DNA from: Escherichia phage vB_EcoM-RPN187
Direction: 5' to 3' (one strand)
Length of the DNA stretch: 64,000 nt
Sequence record: OL770074.2
Part shown: piece after piece, positions 18,577-27,158 of the stretch
Layout of the letters: every line of letters begins with the position of its first letter
How positions within the stretch are numbered: position 1 is the stretch's first letter
Program-made: the position numbers and the translations under genes
The notes under the pieces: generated by a model
What the model was told of the DNA's origin: nothing
The model's input: the letters and a program-made list of their open reading frames with translations, nothing else
Databases searched by the model: none

Positions 18577-18945
18577 TTAGTTAAATTTGTTTAAACGTTC
18601 AATACACTGGACGTAGTTATTTGCAATTTGTTTCTGGGTGGGCTCTTTACCAGTTGTTTCAACATAACGAATGAATGCGATTTCAGTAGCCTGTAGACAA
18701 TGTTCTTTAACACGTTGTTCTTTTGACAATGCTACAGTATCAGAGTCACGATAACGTTGAGCATAGGCATCAGCTTGAATCATTCGATTACCTACAGTAA
18801 CAGGGTCTTCCACTTCAACTTTAGGTTGGTCATACTGTTTAACATTCGGATTGTAAATCAGTTGGCCAACGTTATTAGGGATAAAGCCATGGGCACCACA
18901 TCCGGTTAATCCAAATACCATTGCTAAAGCGATTAATTTTTTCAT
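18577..18945 (-). CDS. putative lipoprotein
   Basis: 122 aa; signal peptide with lipobox LTGC. Confidence 0.6.
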   Translation of the reverse strand: MKKLIALAMVFGLTGCGAHGFIPNNVGQLIYNPNVKQYDQPKVEVEDPVTVGNRMIQADAYAQRYRDSDTVALSKEQRVKEHCLQATEIAFIRYVETTGKEPTQKQIANNYVQCIERLNKFN

Positions 18946-18973
18946 TTCAATTTCCTCTGTAGTTGATAGAAAG

Positions 18974-19003
18974 ATAGTAACACAGTATGTGGTGCTTGTA
19001 AAC
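18974..19003 (-). promoter_or_regulatory. early promoter: -35 GTTTAC, 18 nt, -10 TACTAT
   Basis: minus-strand read upstream of lipoprotein gene. Confidence 0.5.
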
Positions 19004-19015
19004 AGTTATTTAAAA

Positions 19016-19204
19016 TTATCGAAAATCTGCTTCAAAAACTTTCTCGTCATTAACAAATGCTTTAACTAATGCGTTGTTCACTTCAGCAAGTTGTACCGTA
19101 ACCCACTCGATTTCTTCGCGATCACCTGATAACATGATATCTTTAGTGAACATCTCGCCGCTTTTAAACCAACCGATAAAAGTAACTTTAGTTAATTTGC
19201 TCAT
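19016..19204 (-). CDS. dmd: Dmd-like antitoxin (discriminator of mRNA degradation)
   Basis: 62 aa from ATG (MSKLTKV) with SD GAGGA; FIGWFKSGEMFTKDI...AEVNNALVKAFVNDEKV matches recalled T4 Dmd; T4 position upstream of gene 41. Confidence 0.7.
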   Translation of the reverse strand: MSKLTKVTFIGWFKSGEMFTKDIMLSGDREEIEWVTVQLAEVNNALVKAFVNDEKVFEADFR

Positions 19205-19518
19205 ATTTCCTCGCAAAATGCCCATTCAGCGTGATAAACTGTAGCACCTTTAGTATTATTCATTTGAACTACGTCTACCGGAGAAATTACTCGATAGAGA
19301 CGTGGTTCACCTCCATAAGAGCGTGCTGCTCGTCCTGCATAAATCTTTGCTAAACCGATATCTTCAGTAAAGAATACACGATCCAAGTTTTTCTTACGTC
19401 CTGTTTCAGACAGAACTCCTGTTTCCTCAGGAGGACAAAGCATGTTTTCGATGTTAGCTGAACTACTTGAACCGTGATAAAAAATCTTAAATTCTGCTTT
19501 ACAATCGATGGTTTTCAT
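19201..19518 (-). CDS. hypothetical protein
   Basis: 105 aa, ATG, SD GGAG inside cassette stem. Confidence 0.5.
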   Translation of the reverse strand: MKTIDCKAEFKIFYHGSSSSANIENMLCPPEETGVLSETGRKKNLDRVFFTEDIGLAKIYAGRAARSYGGEPRLYRVISPVDVVQMNNTKGATVYHAEWAFCEEI

Positions 19519-19544
19519 TTTGTTCTCCAGTAGTTGATAGGTCT

Positions 19545-19573
19545 ATAATAACACAACTACTGGAGAAGTAAAC
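19545..19573 (-). promoter_or_regulatory. early promoter cassette: -35 GTTTAC, 17 nt, -10 TATTAT, flanked by 12-bp perfect inverted repeat containing the SD
   Basis: arms ctccagtagttg 19525-19536 and caactactggag 19554-19565. Confidence 0.6.
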
Positions 19574-19948
19574 TTAAAAATGTAATTTAGATATATCTGC
19601 GTTGATTTCGTTTTGGTTTGCGTCATATGCAATTAAACGAACCGCTTTAGATGGGTCATTCAATGCATAGAAATGATGGAACATTGCTCGAACGATATCA
19701 CCATTTACGAGTTTTACCTGGATAGGAGAACCTTTTTCGAGTTGGAAATGTTCATAAGCTTTGATGGTTCGCAGATAATCAAGTTTTTGATTTCCGGCTC
19801 CAACAATTTGTACGATACGTTTGCCCATGTTTTCCATACGAGATACAATAGTTTTAGGAGCAAGAATAACGTAGGTTGCCAGCGGAGAAACTACTTCAAC
19901 AGTTGTGTTTTCGGTGATTGCAGTAAAAATTGCTTGAGACATATTCAT
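19574..19948 (-). CDS. hypothetical protein
   Basis: 124 aa, ATG, SD GAGGAAAA. Confidence 0.5.
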   Translation of the reverse strand: MNMSQAIFTAITENTTVEVVSPLATYVILAPKTIVSRMENMGKRIVQIVGAGNQKLDYLRTIKAYEHFQLEKGSPIQVKLVNGDIVRAMFHHFYALNDPSKAVRLIAYDANQNEINADISKLHF

Positions 19949-19977
19949 AATGTTTTCCTCTTGTTTGGTGTAAATAC

Positions 19978-20007
19978 ATCATATCATGCCTAGAGGAAGA
20001 TGTAAAC
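19978..20007 (-). promoter_or_regulatory. early promoter: -35 GTTTAC, 18 nt, -10 TATGAT
   Basis: minus-strand read upstream of 19574..19948. Confidence 0.5.
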
Positions 20008-20010
20008 CCC

Positions 20011-20033
20011 GAAAGGAGACCGAAGTCTCCTTT
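20011..20033 (-). terminator. stem-loop after gene 41 (GGAGAC-UUCG-GUCUCC), terminator-like
   Basis: 6-9 bp stem with UUCG loop right after gp41 stop; U-run imperfect on minus, stronger on plus. Confidence 0.45.
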
Positions 20034-20036
20034 TTG

Positions 20037-21479
20037 TTAAAATTTTAACTCATTGGCTAAGCTATCTAGGTCAGCACGTGTTGTTTTGGCTTTACCTACG
20101 CGTTCCGTACGATTCATCTCTGCCTGACGCATCTGAGCACCTGCGTTTTCATTTACTGTGTTAGGTGTGTTCATGCCTTCTTGCTCAATCTCAACCCATT
20201 TCTGGTTGCCTTTACGTACACCCATCAGGAATTTATTCCACTTATTCTTATCACCGTATCGTGATTTGATTTGTTTGATAAGTTGTTGTTCAGCTTGTGC
20301 AAGTTCTTCAGTTTCAATTACGGCCAACATGAAATCTGCCGTTGCTGGTAAACCTGCTGATTCTGCAATATCGCTCATGTTCATATCCGAAGCATCCCAT
20401 GCTGCACGTCCTACTTGAGCTGCAGTCCATAGAACTGTTTCAGATTCTACTGCTAATGCACGAAGTTCTTCTGCGATAGCTTTAACTAATGTGTAACTAT
20501 TTTCAGTGTAAACTCTGATACGACAAGACCCACAAATACCTAAGTAATCAACCATGATTACAGATGGCACAAAGTTCTTCTTGAGTTTCAATTCATTAAG
20601 CAATGCACGGAATGTATTAGCATTAGCTCCACCAGTAGGATACTGTTTAACTACTAAACGTCCTAATGTAGATTTTGAACGCCATTTTTCCATCTTGGCT
20701 TTATATTCAGCATAAGATACGTTACCATCATCAATATCATCAAGCGATACGTCAAGCATGTTTGCATCTATACGCTTAGCGCAAACTTCTTCGGCCATTT
20801 CCATAGAAATATAAAGAACATTATGACCTGTTTGAAGATAATCTGCAGCAAGTGAACAAAGGCCTAAAGATTTACCAACGTTAACACCAGCCATTAAAAC
20901 ATTCAGTGTACCGGTTTCAGCACCACCTTTAGTGATTTTATTCAGAATGTTTAATTTGAACGGGACCTTACGTGCTTTGTTCAGATAAGAAAGCCAGCGG
21001 GCTTCGTAGTCTTCCATCCAGTCATGTCCAACATAACTATCAAACGAAATTGAAAGTGCTTGACGCATAATATCAGGAATAGCTCCTACGTCAGGCATTT
21101 TCTTGTTACGTTGTTCTGGAGGTAGTTCAGCATTAGACTGAATCTCAATGATTTTGGACGTAGCGTTATACATCGCTTTTTGCTGGACATATTTCTCAGT
21201 TTCTTTAACCAACCATTCGTGGTCTTCAGGAGTATCAGCCAATTTTTCAATTAAGTCTGAAGTTCCTTTATATTCGGCTTCAGTTAAAGAACTGTTATCT
21301 AAAGCCACCTTTAACGCATTGATAGATGGCATTGCATTATATTCGTTAACGTGGCTCTTTATAATTTTAAAGACGTTTTTTGCCGGTCCACGCTCAAAAT
21401 ACTCAGAATCCATATAAGGCCAGACCTTAGAAAAATAAGCCTGGTCATATACTAGATGAGACAAAATAATTTCTACCAC
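20037..21479 (-). CDS. 41: replicative DNA helicase gp41 (DnaB-like)
   Basis: 480 aa; Walker A GVNVGKS; GTG start preceded by SD AAGGAG; MVEIILSHL matches recalled T4 gp41. Confidence 0.9.
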   Translation of the reverse strand: MVEIILSHLVYDQAYFSKVWPYMDSEYFERGPAKNVFKIIKSHVNEYNAMPSINALKVALDNSSLTEAEYKGTSDLIEKLADTPEDHEWLVKETEKYVQQKAMYNATSKIIEIQSNAELPPEQRNKKMPDVGAIPDIMRQALSISFDSYVGHDWMEDYEARWLSYLNKARKVPFKLNILNKITKGGAETGTLNVLMAGVNVGKSLGLCSLAADYLQTGHNVLYISMEMAEEVCAKRIDANMLDVSLDDIDDGNVSYAEYKAKMEKWRSKSTLGRLVVKQYPTGGANANTFRALLNELKLKKNFVPSVIMVDYLGICGSCRIRVYTENSYTLVKAIAEELRALAVESETVLWTAAQVGRAAWDASDMNMSDIAESAGLPATADFMLAVIETEELAQAEQQLIKQIKSRYGDKNKWNKFLMGVRKGNQKWVEIEQEGMNTPNTVNENAGAQMRQAEMNRTERVGKAKTTRADLDSLANELKF

Positions 21480-21488
21480 GATAACTCC

Positions 21489-21830
21489 TTAAAAGAATTT
21501 AAATTTTTTCTTGGCCCGTTCATTAAAAGCTTGTTGTACTTGCATTGTAACACATTTTTCAACATGTGGTGCAAGTTCTGCTTTTCTGTCCTGGTCAAGA
21601 ACTGCAAAGTCCATTACGATTTTACCATCAACCCAGTCTAGTTTTGTAATATAGACTATATGATGAGAACCATCTTCAAGTGTAATCAGAATCTCTTGAA
21701 TGACATTTTCCATTGCTGAACGGATAATTTTAAGAGATTCATTAAACACTCGTTCTTTGCGAATGTCTTCCCCTTCCGAAGAAGGGGATTCATCAACGAT
21801 TTCTAGATTTAAATCATCGAGATTATTCAT
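21489..21830 (-). CDS. 40: gp40-like protein (assigned by synteny), start uncertain
   Basis: between gp41 and uvsX as in T4; internal ATG (MNNLDD) chosen to limit overlap with uvsX. Confidence 0.45.
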   Translation of the reverse strand: MNNLDDLNLEIVDESPSSEGEDIRKERVFNESLKIIRSAMENVIQEILITLEDGSHHIVYITKLDWVDGKIVMDFAVLDQDRKAELAPHVEKCVTMQVQQAFNERAKKKFKFF

Positions 21831-22995
21831 CGAAATCTTCCATTTCGTCAAGGTCATTTTCTATATCTGCTGCAGACGGAGCATCAGAAGTTTTAACCGG
21901 AACTTTAGTTGTTGCTTTGCAATTAATAAGGTCGTTAACAGCGTCATCAACTTCTTTAATAGAAGAGATAGCACCTAGTTTATATTTAGTTTCAATTGCA
22001 TCTCGGAAAGGTTTGTGTTTAAACAAAGGTCCCCAGAATTCTACACAATCAGTAGCTTTAGCACGCCATGATTTTTCTTCACGAATCATTTCGCCAGTTT
22101 CTTCGTCAAGGAATTCACGAGCATACCACCCGGCTTTAGGCTTAACTACAAAACCAATTTCAGTTGCCATTTCCAACAAGCCACTGAATGGGTCGATACC
22201 ACCATCAAAATTAACCGTGATTGGGAAAGTAGATTTTTCTTTAACGGTGCGAGATTTTTCTGCTTTCAGTGTGAAATCGTATCCGGTCAATTCTGTACCT
22301 TCTTTAACCTGACGTTTAGAGATAAAGAATACGGTGTTAGCAGAGTAAAGAATACCTGTACCACCGCCCATAATCTCTTTAGGATACAATCCGCCGATTT
22401 CCATTGCTGTATGGTTGATTGCAACACACGGAATATCTTTAATAGTCAGATACGGAGTCACAATGCGGAATAGAGATTTAAGTGCCTTAGCACGAGACAT
22501 ATCACCTACGACTTTCTCGTTCAATGCATCTTCAGTTTCTTTCTTAGATGCAGTATTACCGATTGAATCGATAAAGATAATAACTTTATCACCGCGTTCA
22601 ATAGCGTCAAGCTGATTAGTCATATCAACTTTAAGCTGTTCGACAGATTGAATCGGAGTATGAACTACACGGTCTAAATCAACACCCATTGAACGAAAAT
22701 AAGATTCCGAAGCACCAAATTCTGAATCATAGAACAAACAAATTGCATCTTTATATTTCTTCATATATGCTGCAACCATGGTCAGACCAAACAACGTTTT
22801 AAAGTGTTTAGAAGGAGCAGCAAAAATAGTTAAGCCTGATTGCAACCCGGCATTCAGTGCACCACCTAATGCAATATTCAACATCGGAATACGAGTAGGG
22901 ACTTCATCGCGATTATTAAACAACTTAGACTTAGTCAAGTCTGCAGTCATTTTAGAAGTAGAAGCTTTAATCAGACGAGATTTTAAATCAGACAT
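21823..22995 (-). CDS. uvsX: UvsX recombinase (RecA-like)
   Basis: 390 aa; N-terminus MSDLKSRLIKASTSK matches recalled T4 UvsX. Confidence 0.9.
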   Translation of the reverse strand: MSDLKSRLIKASTSKMTADLTKSKLFNNRDEVPTRIPMLNIALGGALNAGLQSGLTIFAAPSKHFKTLFGLTMVAAYMKKYKDAICLFYDSEFGASESYFRSMGVDLDRVVHTPIQSVEQLKVDMTNQLDAIERGDKVIIFIDSIGNTASKKETEDALNEKVVGDMSRAKALKSLFRIVTPYLTIKDIPCVAINHTAMEIGGLYPKEIMGGGTGILYSANTVFFISKRQVKEGTELTGYDFTLKAEKSRTVKEKSTFPITVNFDGGIDPFSGLLEMATEIGFVVKPKAGWYAREFLDEETGEMIREEKSWRAKATDCVEFWGPLFKHKPFRDAIETKYKLGAISSIKEVDDAVNDLINCKATTKVPVKTSDAPSAADIENDLDEMEDFDE

Positions 22996-23094
22996 TGTAT
23001 TTTTCCATAGGCATCATTATATTTTACTCATGTTTAAAAGATAAGACGATTATATACTAAGGGTTATACAGCATTTAAAACTTTAAACAGGCTC

Positions 23095-23643
23095 TTAACG
23101 AGCCCATTTGATAATTTCTGTAATCAAATTATTACGTTCGCTTGCATTAAATCCTATAACTTTGTTAGCACTATCATGATTAAGTAATTGATACGTTTGG
23201 ATTTTGTTATGAATTGCAAACTCTTCAAAATATGAAATGACTGTATTAAAACCGAATGAAGACAAAGTAATAAGGTCGTCTTCAAAACTTTCAGTCATTT
23301 CGTTACGTGTTAAAATAATTGTGAACACATCATGGTTTTGGCAAAGACGAACATAATCCTGTTCATAAACGTCAAGAACCGAGTCCACATCTTGTCGAAT
23401 ACGTCCATAAACCCAGTTACTAATATATCCACGGTCTAACAGATAAATCTTAGTAGGGTCTAAATAATTCAACATCGTTTCGAAACAGCCAACTTCATTT
23501 CGAGACTTAACATCAAAACGTCCATCAACTGTTCGTTTAGGGAAATCAATCTTTACATATCTTTCACTAATTTCCATTATGTCATTAATGAAAGTTGTTT
23601 TACCAGCATTATCCGGGCCATCTACTAAAATAATTTTAGCCAT
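23095..23643 (-). CDS. thymidylate kinase-like P-loop nucleotide kinase
   Basis: 182 aa; N-terminal ILVDGPDNAGKTT P-loop and LLDRGYIS (TMK DRY-like) motif; SD GAGGAA. Confidence 0.55.
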   Translation of the reverse strand: MAKIILVDGPDNAGKTTFINDIMEISERYVKIDFPKRTVDGRFDVKSRNEVGCFETMLNYLDPTKIYLLDRGYISNWVYGRIRQDVDSVLDVYEQDYVRLCQNHDVFTIILTRNEMTESFEDDLITLSSFGFNTVISYFEEFAIHNKIQTYQLLNHDSANKVIGFNASERNNLITEIIKWAR

Positions 23644-23644
23644 T

Positions 23645-24544
23645 TTATTCCTCGATTACGACATCTTCATATTTAGGTATATTATACGGCGAAGAAATTA
23701 AAGCATTAAAGTAGATGAACTCGCCAAGACCTGGATGGAATACTTCTTCAGGATTTTCGAAGTATTGAATCTTCGGACGTCCTTTAAGAATTTGATAGTA
23801 CTCAGTTTTAGTTGGTTTAAAAATTCGAATCAGCGCTTCTTCAGGATACTTATTTCTGTCGAAGCTATTATTTGGATCGGTTATATAAAGCGGTTGACCT
23901 AATTGAATTGCACATTCAACCACTTGTTCAAAACGATAACACGGGTCACTAATTCGAAATGGATGAAAAATACCATCTAGATGAATAGGAGCCAAATCAC
24001 CTACAAGACGCTGCATGATGGAAGGACGTATAACTTTCTGGGTTACGATAATCTTATTACCATCTGCACCTGCGTTAACCAGCACTTCTTTTTGACGTTC
24101 ATTCAACACAGTAGTTTGAAGTGAACGATTAACCGACAACATGTCGGTTTTTAAGAATTCGTCAATGTAAAAACGTGGTTTATTAGGGTCTGCAGTGATA
24201 TTGAAATTGAATTCTACATCAAAAGCGCCGTCATATCCAGTGATATCTGTGATTAGAAAATCACAATCATAATAAGCAATTAATGAATCAACCACAAATT
24301 CATTTTCAGACCAGAAATATTTACGAGTGTTATACGCGTTATCTTTATACCATAATGGAACAAACTTAAATTCTGGGAAAAGACGTTCGCATTCTTTAAT
24401 ATCAGATGCATTACGTGGATATGTAATAACATCACCTGGATTAGCACGGTGCAAATGAAGTTGGAAGTTGCCATCCTTAAGGATAGCATACTGTCCAGTT
24501 TCATAAGACCGCATACTCAAGATAGGTACGCGGAAAATAGCCAT
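23645..24544 (-). CDS. hypothetical protein at the T4 beta-glucosyltransferase locus
   Basis: 299 aa, ATG overlapping gp42 stop (TAATG); no motif recognised. Confidence 0.5.
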   Translation of the reverse strand: MAIFRVPILSMRSYETGQYAILKDGNFQLHLHRANPGDVITYPRNASDIKECERLFPEFKFVPLWYKDNAYNTRKYFWSENEFVVDSLIAYYDCDFLITDITGYDGAFDVEFNFNITADPNKPRFYIDEFLKTDMLSVNRSLQTTVLNERQKEVLVNAGADGNKIIVTQKVIRPSIMQRLVGDLAPIHLDGIFHPFRISDPCYRFEQVVECAIQLGQPLYITDPNNSFDRNKYPEEALIRIFKPTKTEYYQILKGRPKIQYFENPEEVFHPGLGEFIYFNALISSPYNIPKYEDVVIEE

Positions 24545-25260
24545 TAGTCAAGAAATCCTTTAACATAATCAAAATCACGTTCAAACACATGGGCACTTAC
24601 CATGGTATGAGTATAATCACCAACTTCTACACCACATTCGTTAGCGATATAATGAAGTAATTTTCCTTGGAGATAAAAATCCAACTGCATAACAACAGCA
24701 CAGTTCTGAGAACGCATATGACAGTGGGTATAAAGCTTACCATCACGAATATAATAAGTCACTGAGTCGGTACATGGATATTCAAGTGTTTCGTCTGAAT
24801 CAAGCAAAGCCTGATCAGAACTTTCTAGAATTTGGAACACAACTCTTCGAGAGTTAGGTTTTTCTTTAAGTTCTTTTAGAAGAGTTGGTAACTGGGCCGC
24901 AATGCGAGGACCATAGAAAGTGTTGAAGTTCGCAGGCAAAGCATCTGATTTTGGTTTAGAAATAAATTTAGCGACGTTAGGATATGCCTTAAATGCTTCT
25001 TCTGCATCAGTACCACCAGAAATCATAAATTTCCAGAAATCTTCAGCATATTCATAAGAGATGCGATTAATACGTGGGTCGGTCATTTTGAATGATGAAG
25101 GGGTATCAACAACTACTGTCATAGACCCAATTTCATTACAACGTCCAATACGAGAATCAGTTACGAATTCCGGGTTTTCTAAAATTTCACGATTGACTGC
25201 TTTAAATGCGGATTGAAAATCTGCGGCTTTAATATATTTCATTGTGTTATGTTTTCCCAT
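24544..25260 (-). CDS. 42: dCMP hydroxymethylase gp42 (thymidylate-synthase fold)
   Basis: 238 aa; CTDSVTYYIRD...MRSQN resembles recalled T4 gp42 active-site region; SD GAGGT. Confidence 0.7.
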   Translation of the reverse strand: MGKHNTMKYIKAADFQSAFKAVNREILENPEFVTDSRIGRCNEIGSMTVVVDTPSSFKMTDPRINRISYEYAEDFWKFMISGGTDAEEAFKAYPNVAKFISKPKSDALPANFNTFYGPRIAAQLPTLLKELKEKPNSRRVVFQILESSDQALLDSDETLEYPCTDSVTYYIRDGKLYTHCHMRSQNCAVVMQLDFYLQGKLLHYIANECGVEVGDYTHTMVSAHVFERDFDYVKGFLD

Positions 25261-25278
25261 GTTTACCTCAATACAGTT

Positions 25279-25302
25279 ATTATATACTCAATTCATAAAG
25301 CT
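25279..25302 (-). promoter_or_regulatory. possible middle-type promoter (MotA-box-like AGCTTTA 11 nt upstream of -10 TATAAT) before gene 42
   Basis: box deviates from TGCTT consensus at first position. Confidence 0.3.
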
Positions 25303-25393
25303 TATTTGAATTTCTTAGCGATGTTGATATAACGTAGAGCTTCGGCATCGATACTTCCAAGGACGCTATGAAGGAACGCGTCGACATAGTATT

Positions 25394-25543
25394 CTAGTTG
25401 AACAGGTTCTCTTTAATCACTTTAGCCGCTTTAGTTTCAAACAGGCCCATAAGGGCCTTTTTAAGAATTTGTTCGTTGTTGTTAATTTTAATAGTCAAAA
25501 TCTCTTCGTTAAGTTGGTGATTAAAAGTTTTTCTAGAAATCAT
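25394..25543 (-). CDS. possible small ORF (49 aa) coupled to upstream gene by ATGA overlap
   Basis: own translation MISRKTFNHQL...; contains a GGCCC/GGGCC hairpin, so may be non-coding. Confidence 0.25.
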   Translation of the reverse strand: MISRKTFNHQLNEEILTIKINNNEQILKKALMGLFETKAAKVIKENLFN

Positions 25544-26709
25544 TCTGGGTACCTCAAAGCGTCATCAGAGTTAGTTATATCAATAATAGATATAGAGTTT
25601 TCCGATAACCCATTTTTAGATAACTGACGTTTATAATATCTTTCACAATATGTACACGTCGTCCCGCAGATTTCATTAGCACAATCGAAATCTGGATGTT
25701 TGAACCACCTTTTTTCTAAAAAGCCATCTAACAAAGAGGTTTCAATATTTACCGTATGTGAAAACTCAGTCTCATTTTCAAGAGTGAAAATGGTCTCTAA
25801 AGGCTTCCACAATTCCAACAAATTACCTTCAAATTTTTCGGAAGCATAAGCTTCAAGAACTTTCAAAATGTAGTCTGTGCTACCTGTACGTCCTGAAACT
25901 TTGAATTGAGTGATACCAATATCATTATAAAGTTTCAAATCTTGAGGACGAACAAAACGAGTTCTCAACCAGTTAAATGGGTCTGTATCACGAGCTTTAA
26001 TACAGTGTTGCATTGGATATCCATTTAAGGATTTGGCATCATCTACTGTAACGTCGGTGCTATGGAAAATATAGCAAGAGTCACGATAACTACAATGTGT
26101 TGTATACCCTTTACCAGCATTAGAACAGAACTCATTTACAAGAACTTCAAATATTATATTGTTCTTATTGCAAAACTCTGCTGCACGCTTCAGGAAAGAA
26201 ACTGAACGGTTCTTATGAATTCCACAACAGACCTTTTTGATATTATACTGGTCATGCAAGTATTTGATTTGAGTTACAGCATCGACATGTAGAATTGTTG
26301 AAACTTCAATCTCAATGTCTTTATTGACTTCACGAACAATTTCCATAACAACAGGGTTAGCGATAGTAATACGCCATACGCCTATTGACCAAAGATACTG
26401 AACATAATCCTGAATAGCTTTCTTCTTCCACTCAACTAGTTCTCTTTTTGAACCAGGATTTATCGTGTTGAGTGTATAGTTAAAGCAAATACCTAATTCG
26501 TTACAACGTTTAACGTAATCTTCTAACATCTTTTTGTCAACGTCAGGAAGCCTAAAATCAGGTCTGGCTGCTACAAAAGCCATTTCTCTTGTAGAGCCGT
26601 ATACTTCGTTTATCAAGCTATTAGGATAAGTTTTATTGAGCTCTACGATTTTATCAAGAAGAGCTAAATCAAAATTCGTTCCGATTTTAAAGGTATTCAT
26701 TTTTTGCAT
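25540..26709 (-). CDS. hypothetical protein with weak resemblance to peptidase U32 (PrtC/RlhA/UbiU-type) family
   Basis: 389 aa; Cys-rich EFCSNAGKGYTTHCS and FKVSGRTGS reminiscent of U32 signature/LKIEGR motif; assignment tentative. Confidence 0.45.
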   Translation of the reverse strand: MQKMNTFKIGTNFDLALLDKIVELNKTYPNSLINEVYGSTREMAFVAARPDFRLPDVDKKMLEDYVKRCNELGICFNYTLNTINPGSKRELVEWKKKAIQDYVQYLWSIGVWRITIANPVVMEIVREVNKDIEIEVSTILHVDAVTQIKYLHDQYNIKKVCCGIHKNRSVSFLKRAAEFCNKNNIIFEVLVNEFCSNAGKGYTTHCSYRDSCYIFHSTDVTVDDAKSLNGYPMQHCIKARDTDPFNWLRTRFVRPQDLKLYNDIGITQFKVSGRTGSTDYILKVLEAYASEKFEGNLLELWKPLETIFTLENETEFSHTVNIETSLLDGFLEKRWFKHPDFDCANEICGTTCTYCERYYKRQLSKNGLSENSISIIDITNSDDALRYPE

Positions 26710-26756
26710 CTCGCCGTTAATTGATGCGATGGTTTTTGCAGGTCTTACTTAAATTA

Positions 26757-27158
26757 TTATAGATTCGGTTTATATGATTTAAATGTTTCGAATTCGCCTT
26801 TATTCATAAGAGCTTTGAATTCGTCAGGACGCATAGCTTTGTCGTCGATAATCCAATCATATACTGGTTTATGTGTTAGCAAATTATGGTACTTCAATCC
26901 AATGTTTGCCAAGTTCTGAATCAGACTTGGGAGAATGTCAATTGCTATACGACCCGGACCGACTGACTTCATACCGCGAGCAGTGTAAAGCGTTATGGTA
27001 TGCCCTGCATCATACAGGGCATTAATGGCAGACACCATTTCGACGTCTGGTTTGAAGTTCACGTAATCACGATTGTTATTCCACTCTGTTATACAATCAT
27101 CGACATCAAAACAAAGATTAAGCATGTTTTCTACACGGTGCATTAGATTCGTTCCCAT
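26757..27158 (-). CDS. small HAD-superfamily-like phosphatase (start uncertain)
   Basis: LCFDVDDCIT resembles HAD motif I; alternative starts at M6 (TAATG coupling) or M12. Confidence 0.45.
   Translation of the reverse strand: MGTNLMHRVENMLNLCFDVDDCITEWNNNRDYVNFKPDVEMVSAINALYDAGHTITLYTARGMKSVGPGRIAIDILPSLIQNLANIGLKYHNLLTHKPVYDWIIDDKAMRPDEFKALMNKGEFETFKSYKPNL

Noticed and set aside
19201-19518. Possible ADP-ribosyltransferase (H-G-S motif in YHGSSSS)
   Set aside because: A single short motif without the accompanying Y-Y and catalytic E context; insufficient to call.
25261-25277. Plus-strand GTTTAC-like promoter directly upstream of gene 42 start
   Set aside because: No plus-strand gene downstream and no suitably spaced -10; likely chance occurrence.
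25394-25543. Small ORF downstream of the U32-like gene as a confident gene
   Set aside because: Contains a GGCCC-ataa-GGGCC hairpin and is followed by a second short ORF; could be a decayed gene or structured leader, so kept only at low confidence.
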